Shown: positions 49,257 to 55,714 of the stretch, one piece after another
Layout: each line of letters starts with the position of its first letter
Numbering within the stretch: the first letter of the stretch is position 1
Notes under the pieces: generated by a model
Told to the model about the DNA's origin: nothing
The model's input: the letters and a program-made list of their open reading frames with translations, nothing else
Database searches by the model: none
Origin: a virus
Taxonomy: Duplodnaviria > Caudoviricetes
DNA: 55,714 nucleotides
Strand: one strand, 5' to 3'
Virus record (IMG/VR): IMGVR_UViG_3300044451_000273
Span: 1 to 55,714 of that record
Program-made: the position numbers and the translations under genes

Positions 49257-49939
49257 TGGAAAATATAAAAGTTATAAATGATGGATATGTTAGATTAGTT
49301 GACTGTATGGGAACCGATTTGTCGGTTGTCAATGCGGCGAGAGCCTCTTTTGCCAGAGAGTCTGTGGAAATGCTCCCTAGAGACGCAAGGCTTATTGATT
49401 TTCTCATAAGAGAAAACCACATGTCACCATTCAGACACGCTTTCATGACCTTTGAAATAAAAGCTCCGCTAATGGTTGCTCGACAGCATTGGAAATATGT
49501 TGTTGGATCTGATCATACTATGGATTCTTGGAATGAGTCGTCAAGAAGATATATAACAATGGAGCCAGAATTTTACATTCCAGAAGCAGACGAGTGGAGA
49601 ACCGCACCAGAGGATAAAAAACAGGGGTCTGGTGGTCCCGTAGGTCCATGGCAGGGTGCTCTGCTGACCGATGAGCTTAATAAATACATTAAACAAGGAG
49701 AAGCTTTATATAATATGGCTTTGCAACAGGGAGTTGCCCCAGAGCAAGCTAGGCTGTTTTTGCCAGCGTATGGTATGTATGTAGTGTACAGATGGTCTTG
49801 TAGTCTTCAGTCTGTTTGCCTGTTTCTTACTCAAAGATTGGCTGAGGATTCTCAGGTTGAAATACAAGAATATGCAAAAGCCATACATCTTTTTGCAAAA
49901 GAAAAATTTCCAATCACGATTGGAAGACTAGTTGGCTAA
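49256..49939 (+). CDS. thyX: FAD-dependent thymidylate synthase
   Basis: Motifs GYVRLVDCMGTDLSVVNAARAS, HMSPF, SWNESSRRY and GVAPEQARLFLP. Confidence 0.9.
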   Translation: MENIKVINDGYVRLVDCMGTDLSVVNAARASFARESVEMLPRDARLIDFLIRENHMSPFRHAFMTFEIKAPLMVARQHWKYVVGSDHTMDSWNESSRRYITMEPEFYIPEADEWRTAPEDKKQGSGGPVGPWQGALLTDELNKYIKQGEALYNMALQQGVAPEQARLFLPAYGMYVVYRWSCSLQSVCLFLTQRLAEDSQVEIQEYAKAIHLFAKEKFPITIGRLVG

Positions 49940-49940
49940 T

Positions 49941-50105
49941 ATGGTTATAAATTTAATCAAAATAATTTTGTTTTCATTTTTCTTGAATTGGACTATCGGT
50001 ATGCATATGGCTAACGCTAGAGTTTATACTAGGTTACAAAAAATCACTACAGTTTTATTTGCGCTTTTGTTTAGTATCTTTCTTGGAATTGTGATAGTAT
50101 CGTAG
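49941..50105 (+). CDS. Small membrane protein, 54 aa, two hydrophobic helices
   Basis: ATG 49941 to TAG 50103-50105 (MVINLIKIILFSFFLNWTIG...TTVLFALLFSIFLGIVIVS). It is below the ORF track cutoff and fills the gap. Confidence 0.65.
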   Translation: MVINLIKIILFSFFLNWTIGMHMANARVYTRLQKITTVLFALLFSIFLGIVIVS

Positions 50106-50110
50106 TTGCT

Positions 50111-50365
50111 ATGGCGGCTTCAAAATTAAATTATATCGTGGTATACAAAAACCATAGTCAGGTTTATGGTTGTTCGTCTAAAAAAATAGCATTAGAATCT
50201 CCCCCACCAGAGGGTTACTCTGAGAACGATAAAAAAATTCTCTTTGTTACTTTTGAACCCGATACAGATAATCTTTGCGTTTATGTTATATCCAAAGATA
50301 AAACCACGGATGAAGAAACAATAGAAAACAAAACAAATAAAAAGAAAGTAAAGAGCAATGAGTAA
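50111..50365 (+). CDS. Hypothetical protein
   Basis: 84 aa ORF in a tightly packed operon. Confidence 0.65.
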   Translation: MAASKLNYIVVYKNHSQVYGCSSKKIALESPPPEGYSENDKKILFVTFEPDTDNLCVYVISKDKTTDEETIENKTNKKKVKSNE

Positions 50366-50603
50366 AAAAACAAATAAAAAAAAGAAAGTAAACATTAAAC
50401 TTGAATCTGGTCAATCCTATCTGATAGAGGATCTTGAAATAATCCTGAATATTCAAAAAATTTATGCGGGTTTAACTAAAGGTCAGATATCAGACGAAGA
50501 CAGGAATATATATAATAGAGTTATGGCTGCAGTCGCCAATGCAGTGGGTAATGTCTATCACGCAGTAGATGATGGAGCAGAAGATGAAGACTACTGGGCT
50601 TAA
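50358..50603 (+). CDS. Hypothetical protein
   Basis: 81 aa ORF with a basic N-terminus and acidic C-terminus, overlapping its neighbours. Confidence 0.65.
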   Translation: MSKKTNKKKKVNIKLESGQSYLIEDLEIILNIQKIYAGLTKGQISDEDRNIYNRVMAAVANAVGNVYHAVDDGAEDEDYWA

Positions 50604-50856
50604 ATATATTTCTGCTGCGGTTTTGGCTACTGCTCTTTTTTATATTTTCTGGAAAAGAAATAAAAATACAATAGAGAAATTCAGTTTCTTTTCTGATTTA
50701 GAAAACTACAAACCATATAATTCTTTTATTGAACATTTTGACTCAAAAAACATTAATGAAGCCTACGATAAGTATAGAAAATATTTAGGGTTTGGTATGA
50801 ATGAGGACAACGCCTTTAAAAGTGTTATAGAAAACAAAATAAGAAAAAATGATTGA
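50584..50856 (+). CDS. Hypothetical membrane-anchored protein
   Basis: GGAG upstream of ATG 50584; N-terminal hydrophobic helix YISAAVLATALFYIFW. Confidence 0.6.
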   Translation: MKTTGLKYISAAVLATALFYIFWKRNKNTIEKFSFFSDLENYKPYNSFIEHFDSKNINEAYDKYRKYLGFGMNEDNAFKSVIENKIRKND

Positions 50857-51661
50857 TCTTTGTGTTGTAAACTATAACACTAGACCATTATTGGAAAGAT
50901 TATTGGATAGTCTTCATGATCAATTATCTAATGAAGAGCATTCCGAAAAGTTTTGGAATTTATATATAGCAGATAATGGTTCAACTGATGATACGATAGA
51001 TTTCTTTAGATCAAAAGAAGATAATTATCTAATTGATAGGGTGTCTTTAAATAAAAATATTGGATATTCAGCCGCCTGCAACAAGTTGGCAACCTTTGGC
51101 TCGAATGACATCATAGGATTACTCAATGCCGATGTCTGGTTTACAAATGAAGATATAACAAAAATTTATAATATATTTAATCAAGAAGAAGATGTTCATA
51201 TTCTTGGCCCAAAACAAAGAGATGAATATGGTTTGATAAGGCATGCGGGGATTATAGGGACAAATACGCAACCTAGACACAGGGGCTGGATGGAACCAGA
51301 CCCTTCTGATTCTCTGTATAGAGATAGAATCAATTGTGTTACCATTTCTGGATCAGCATACTTTATAAGAAGGTCTGTTTGGAATGATTTAACTTATCAT
51401 CCAGAGTACAGAAAACTATATCCAGATGCAATAGGAGCTTTTCTGCCGACGCCTCACTACTACGAAGAGACGTGGTGTTCATACTTTGCTCGTCATTTGG
51501 GGTATAATGTAGTTTACGATGGTAACATTTCTATTGGTCATAGCTGGCACGCCTCCTCTCCAAAGCCTGGAGAAGGCTACAGCCACGTAGATGTGCAATT
51601 TAAGATAAGTCAATCACTGTTTCGCAAAGCGTGCGATTGCATGGGAATAGAAAGAGATTAA
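50849..51661 (+). CDS. Glycosyltransferase family 2
   Basis: Motifs VVNYNT, ADNGSTD, NIGYSAACN, LLNAD, SGSAYFIRR and YYEE. Confidence 0.9.
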   Translation: MIDLCVVNYNTRPLLERLLDSLHDQLSNEEHSEKFWNLYIADNGSTDDTIDFFRSKEDNYLIDRVSLNKNIGYSAACNKLATFGSNDIIGLLNADVWFTNEDITKIYNIFNQEEDVHILGPKQRDEYGLIRHAGIIGTNTQPRHRGWMEPDPSDSLYRDRINCVTISGSAYFIRRSVWNDLTYHPEYRKLYPDAIGAFLPTPHYYEETWCSYFARHLGYNVVYDGNISIGHSWHASSPKPGEGYSHVDVQFKISQSLFRKACDCMGIERD

Positions 51662-51752
51662 TATGGCGGAAATGGAGTTGCATCTCCCGTAGCTCATTGG
51701 ATTGGAAGCATTGTTGTAAATTTAATTAATGGCAGAAAAATGTAATTCAGGG

Positions 51753-51781
51753 TTGATTTTGTAATTTAGTTTAGCTATAAT
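51753..51781 (+). promoter_or_regulatory. Sigma70-type promoter
   Basis: TTGATT (51753-51758), a 17-nt spacer and TATAAT (51776-51781), intergenic, upstream of an AAGGA RBS and ATG 51822. Confidence 0.7.
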
Positions 51782-51821
51782 GCTATCCGTAATTAACCAC
51801 TACAATCACAAAGGAAAATAT

Positions 51822-52004
51822 ATGTCAGATAATAAGTTCAATTATTTTGAAGTAACCACTTCTTTGCTCGTTAAAGCAAAGAATAAAGCAGACGCAGAAA
51901 AGGTTGCCCTTGGTCGCAAAAATATTAAGGGTGAGATTCTTTCTACTAATATAGATGTAGAGCGCATTACTGCAGTGGAAGTTAGGGAGATGCTAGAAAT
52001 CTAA
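51822..52004 (+). CDS. Small hypothetical protein, 60 aa
   Basis: AAGGA RBS, its own promoter and a downstream hairpin. It resembles the N-terminus of the 24742 protein. Confidence 0.75.
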   Translation: MSDNKFNYFEVTTSLLVKAKNKADAEKVALGRKNIKGEILSTNIDVERITAVEVREMLEI

Positions 52005-52020
52005 TGGGCGTTGACTGAAT

Positions 52021-52063
52021 GGAGAGTGCTACCTACACTGGTAGCACTCTCCCTTAGTTTTTT
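52021..52063 (+). terminator. Strong hairpin / putative intrinsic terminator
   Basis: GGAGAGTGCTACC-TACACT-GGTAGCACTCTCC (13-bp perfect stem) followed by CTTAGTTTTTT. Confidence 0.7.
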
Positions 52064-52073
52064 AAAGGAAAAT

Positions 52074-52784
52074 ATGAATACAAAAACTTTTGCCCAAATT
52101 GTTGGTAGGAACGAACAGGGCAGATACCTTGAAGAGGTTCTTCAAAGACTTTCTCATCAAGTGGACAATATTATTTTTACAGACGACTGCTCTGATGATA
52201 ATACGCTTTCTATAGCCAAAAAGTACTCCATAACCTATCAAACTCCAGAGCCGCTATTTTCAAAACACGAGGGACAACTTCGTTCGTTTGCATGGGGCAA
52301 TCTATGCAACCATGCCAAGGTCGGCGACTGGATAGTCGCCATAGACTGCGACGAAATGCTATATAGAAAAGATGATCTTGATAATTTAAATATTAAAGAA
52401 ATTTTAAGTAAGTCTGAATTTGATGTGGTAAATGTAAAATTTTATCATATGTGGAATAAAAATCAATATAGACAGGATAAGCTTTGGGCACCAACTAATA
52501 GCTCACGCATTTTTCGCTTTAGGGAAAATGGTGGATTTATAAATAAAAGATTGGCTTGCGGGTCCGAACCTTCTTATGTGATTGATTGGATAAGACAAAA
52601 AAATTATTGGCCAGGTTCAGGATTAATCATGAAACATATGGGATATGAAAAAGACGAAGATAAAACCGCAAAATATGAAAGGTATTGCACATTAGATAAG
52701 GGCGAATTTCATAATATAAAGCATATAGAATCAATAATGGATGAAAATCCAACGCTAATTAGTTGGGGAAATTTTGGAGTATAA
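52074..52784 (+). CDS. Glycosyltransferase, GT-A fold (family 2-like)
   Basis: Motifs VGRNE, TDDCSDDNT, WIVAIDCDE and HMGY. AAGGA RBS before ATG 52074. Confidence 0.85.
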   Translation: MNTKTFAQIVGRNEQGRYLEEVLQRLSHQVDNIIFTDDCSDDNTLSIAKKYSITYQTPEPLFSKHEGQLRSFAWGNLCNHAKVGDWIVAIDCDEMLYRKDDLDNLNIKEILSKSEFDVVNVKFYHMWNKNQYRQDKLWAPTNSSRIFRFRENGGFINKRLACGSEPSYVIDWIRQKNYWPGSGLIMKHMGYEKDEDKTAKYERYCTLDKGEFHNIKHIESIMDENPTLISWGNFGV

Positions 52785-52785
52785 T

Positions 52786-53484
52786 ATGAAAAGTAAAATT
52801 AGAATAGCTACTCAAACTCAAACAATTCAAACACTCACTAAAAAAATGCTTAGTAGAAACAAGTACGCGTTTGTTTCTTTCCCTAAGGCTACACTGCTTG
52901 CGTTAGGTTCTTCCAATAAAGTTTCTTCTGATAAAAAGGCAATTAGTTCCTCATTTATTGAGGAAATTAATAAGTCTTTTTTAATTAAAGATCCTGCATA
53001 TATGAGGGCCGTTCCTTATTCATTTGTTTATTCAACAAATAAAGATGACGAGTTAGATCCATCAATCTTCGAAGAAGATTCCGTATATTTTAATTCTTCA
53101 ACATTAGAAAATTATTATCATTCTAATGAATTTGTTTTTAATTCTTTTGTTCAATTTTATATTAGCAATACACCATTTATTATTGTATCATTTAATGATA
53201 AAAAATATATAGCTAGACTACTTGGTTTACCAGCGTCACACATACAGGTTCATTATAATAACTTTTATGATAAAATTAATGAAATTTGTGACTCTATAGA
53301 TAAAGTAAAAGAAAAAAGCGATACAGTTATATTAGATTGTCCAATTCTTTCATCTGGTTTAGCCCACGAAATCTGGAATAGATTTGATTTATCCATCCTC
53401 GATCTGGGAAAAATAGTAAATTTTTCAAAAACTAAGTTTTTAGATGGAGTAAAATCAAATGACAAAAAAACATATAAAAACTGA
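52786..53484 (+). CDS. Hypothetical protein, possibly a divergent GT-D-like glycosyltransferase
   Basis: The C-terminal TVILDCPILSSGLAHEIW..SILDLG resembles the GT-D/DUF1792 ending, but the usual RFGDGE motif is absent. It is adjacent to two GTs. Confidence 0.4.
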   Translation: MKSKIRIATQTQTIQTLTKKMLSRNKYAFVSFPKATLLALGSSNKVSSDKKAISSSFIEEINKSFLIKDPAYMRAVPYSFVYSTNKDDELDPSIFEEDSVYFNSSTLENYYHSNEFVFNSFVQFYISNTPFIIVSFNDKKYIARLLGLPASHIQVHYNNFYDKINEICDSIDKVKEKSDTVILDCPILSSGLAHEIWNRFDLSILDLGKIVNFSKTKFLDGVKSNDKKTYKN

Positions 53485-54110
53485 TAAAGAAGATGATCTT
53501 TTTCTTATAGATTTATTATTTGATTCTGATTTAACAATATCACAGATAGCTAAAGAAATAAATCTATCTTACAATGATTTAAATAAAAGAATATCTTCTC
53601 TTGGCCTTGGTTGGATAAAAGAGCAAAAAAAGAAGTCTTCAAGAGGACAATCTGCACTAACTCATGTAATGAAAAAACTTCTGCCTGGACAGAAGGTGGT
53701 AAACGAATTTCATATTGGCGAAAGACTAAAGCTAGACGTTTACTGTCCTTCATATAAGGTAGCCGCAGAGTTTCATCGGACGACAGCATTTTTATTACAC
53801 ACAAAGATTCTACGAATCTAAATATGAATTTGATCAGGCGGTTAAAAGAGACCTTAAAAAGGTAGAAAAATGTCAAGAATTAGGGATAGTTCTCGTTGTT
53901 TTTAGATATAACGATTTACTTACCGAAGAGGCTGTTTATGATAGAATATTGCACGCAATACGCTCAGCGGAATCAAGGGTGTTGGATATATCCAAAAAGA
54001 AAAGTGTAAAAAACAATACATATTATCAAGAACAAAAAAAGAAATATAATAAAAGAAAAAAGGATTTATATAAAAAAATGAAGAATAAGAAAAAGTATCA
54101 TGACAGATAA
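53459..54110 (+). CDS. HTH plus Vsr/DUF559-like endonuclease, about 216 aa, one +1 recoding site
   Basis: HTH-like LTISQIAKEINLS. Skipping C53777 gives LDVY..KVAAEFH-G-RQHF...RDLKKVEKCQELGIVLVVFRY, with the stop at 54108-54110 overlapping the helicase start. Confidence 0.8.
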
Positions 54111-55560
54111 CTCGTTTACACAAGGTTCTTCTGATATATATCCAATTGAATATCAAATATTTGCTCTATCCTTTAGGCAGCCGGGCGCGGTATCCTTTTT
54201 TAGAGATAATTTACAGTCAGATATGGTTGGCCTTTTAGAGGGTCAAAACGGAATAAATGAATTCTATAAGGCGCTTATTGCCTATGCGACTTCTACCAAA
54301 TTAAATATAGTAGATCCAGTTGCGTTTAAGACGTGGATGCAAACTGAAAGTAATCTATACGAAGCTTTAAGTGGACAACATGGCATCGATTTAATCATGA
54401 ACGCCTTAAACACGATGGATCTTTCTACCCCAGAAGCGGTAACAAAAGTTATAAAACATAAGTATAATAAGATTAGGCAGAGAAATCTTCTAAAAGAATT
54501 AGAAATTATCTTAAGTCAAAAAGGTCTTAAGTCCGAAGAAGATCTTTCTAAGATGACGTCTCTAGCAATAGAAATAACTACTTTGGAAAACCAAATTAAT
54601 TATAATCCATACGACGGAGTTGTAACCGCAAAAGAAATAATAGAAAAAATAGATTCCTTACTAGATACACCAGACTTTCTCCCAACTCAATACAAATCAC
54701 TAAACAGAGCCATGGGGTATACAAATGACGGGGGATTTTATAGAGGCTCCGTACACGCAATTATTGCTGCGTCAGGAAAGGGTAAAAGCACTTTTGCGAA
54801 ATGCCTTGTCAATAATTGGCTAGATAATGGATATAAAACTTTATATATTAATTTCGAAGAAGCAAGAAGTCACTGGGAAAAAATTTTAATGACTCAAATT
54901 ATTGGAAGAAACGTTTACGCTGAAGTTGCAAAATGGAACGAGGAAGATAAAAAGAAATACATGTCTATTTTTATGAATAAACTTATTCAGTGGGGCGATA
55001 GATTGATGGTAAAACACGATCCAGATACTCCATATTTTGAAGATCTTGAAAAATGGCTTAGAGAAATTTTACTGCAGAATCAAGAAATACCAGATGTAAT
55101 AGTGATTGACACCATACAGTCAATGTTCACAAGGTCAAAGGGAAAGGCTAGATGGGGTGAGTTTGAGGAAATGATGGTTCGCCTAGAGAAGCTGGCAAGA
55201 GATATGAATTGTGTCTTAATAATTACAGCTCAAGAAAATTCGAATAGAATGAAAGAAAGAAGAGAAGCCGTACTACAGTCCGATACCGGAGGATCTTTGG
55301 CCATACAGCAGAAATGTGCAGTGACAATATTTATTACTGAAAAAAGATTAATTAGCGGAGATGACTCAGAGGATGAAAACATCATGCAGCTGCAGATACC
55401 CAAAAATAGAATAACTGGTTCTACATTTTCTTACGAGCCTCCACTTGTAAGATACATAGACTCAAAAAAAACTTACGAAGAATATGAAATGGTTACGTCT
55501 ACTTCATATGACGCGTCGTCGATATTAGACGATTTACTTAACAATGGGGATTTTTCATAA
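54100..55560 (+). CDS. DnaB-like (SF4) replicative helicase
   Basis: Walker A AASGKGKS, YINFEE, Walker B VIVIDTIQ, ITAQ, and a KNR arginine finger. Confidence 0.88.
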   Translation: MTDNSFTQGSSDIYPIEYQIFALSFRQPGAVSFFRDNLQSDMVGLLEGQNGINEFYKALIAYATSTKLNIVDPVAFKTWMQTESNLYEALSGQHGIDLIMNALNTMDLSTPEAVTKVIKHKYNKIRQRNLLKELEIILSQKGLKSEEDLSKMTSLAIEITTLENQINYNPYDGVVTAKEIIEKIDSLLDTPDFLPTQYKSLNRAMGYTNDGGFYRGSVHAIIAASGKGKSTFAKCLVNNWLDNGYKTLYINFEEARSHWEKILMTQIIGRNVYAEVAKWNEEDKKKYMSIFMNKLIQWGDRLMVKHDPDTPYFEDLEKWLREILLQNQEIPDVIVIDTIQSMFTRSKGKARWGEFEEMMVRLEKLARDMNCVLIITAQENSNRMKERREAVLQSDTGGSLAIQQKCAVTIFITEKRLISGDDSEDENIMQLQIPKNRITGSTFSYEPPLVRYIDSKKTYEEYEMVTSTSYDASSILDDLLNNGDFS

Positions 55561-55714
55561 TGAAACTAGTTACCACAGATTCAATCAAAGACTATCAAAC
55601 ATGCGCACTTTTATACAAGTATAGACATGACGAAGCTCTTCCTGAAAAAATTCAGAGAAGAGATCTTATTTCTCAAAGATTTGAAAATACTATAAAAGAA
55701 ATCATTTACTATTT
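55560..55714 (+). CDS. Partial gene, probable PD-(D/E)XK (RecB/AddB-like) nuclease N-terminus
   Basis: TAATG overlap with the helicase stop. MKLVTTDSIKDYQTCALLYKYRH matches the S..Y..C...Y.Y start pattern. The ORF is open to the window end. Confidence 0.5.
   Translation, partial: MKLVTTDSIKDYQTCALLYKYRHDEALPEKIQRRDLISQRFENTIKEIIYY

Noticed and set aside
50330-50392. Direct repeat encoding KTNKKKV in adjacent small genes
   Set aside because: Low-complexity A-rich sequence; at most a small local duplication.
1043-54110. Stop-codon reassignment (genetic code 4, 15 or 25) as the cause of fragmentation
   Set aside because: Consecutive fragments are in different frames, and TAA, TAG and TGA all end genuine genes.
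916-54156. Short minus-strand and nested ORFs in the track
   Set aside because: They are shadows of long + strand genes, with no motifs or independent signals.
1-55714. tRNA, rRNA, intron or intein
   Set aside because: No cloverleaf or T-loop motif was recognised in the short intergenic gaps, and nrdJ and the helicase show no obvious insertion. Not checked computationally.

Overview
This is a low-GC, gene-dense fragment of a large tailed (probably contractile-tail) phage genome, with all credible genes on the + strand. Positions 1-45.9 kb are a virion module: a tape-measure-like protein, a giant baseplate hub-like protein, a multi-domain peptidoglycan hydrolase, spike, gp25-like and J-like baseplate proteins, and large tail proteins. 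Positions 46-55.7 kb carry a class II ribonucleotide reductase, ThyX, glycosyltransferases, an endonuclease, a DnaB-like helicase and a partial PD-(D/E)XK-like gene. The main discovery is that the many apparently broken ORFs follow a single rule. At 22 sites an in-frame CGG codon marks an exact +1 frame change. Skipping the C and reading the overlapping GGN as Gly restores long continuous genes of about 2152, 3791, 909, 1571 and 1958 aa. It also restores a conserved nuclease motif and a perfect peptide repeat, and reveals a gene absent from the ORF track. In my manual scan I found no in-frame CGG in any gene that is not such a site, while out-of-frame CGG is common and harmless. This points to codon-specific recoding (CGGN as a four-base Gly codon, or an obligatory +1 frameshift). 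The responsible factor, such as an expanded-anticodon tRNA, is not visible in this window, and a systematic sequence artefact must be excluded with reads.
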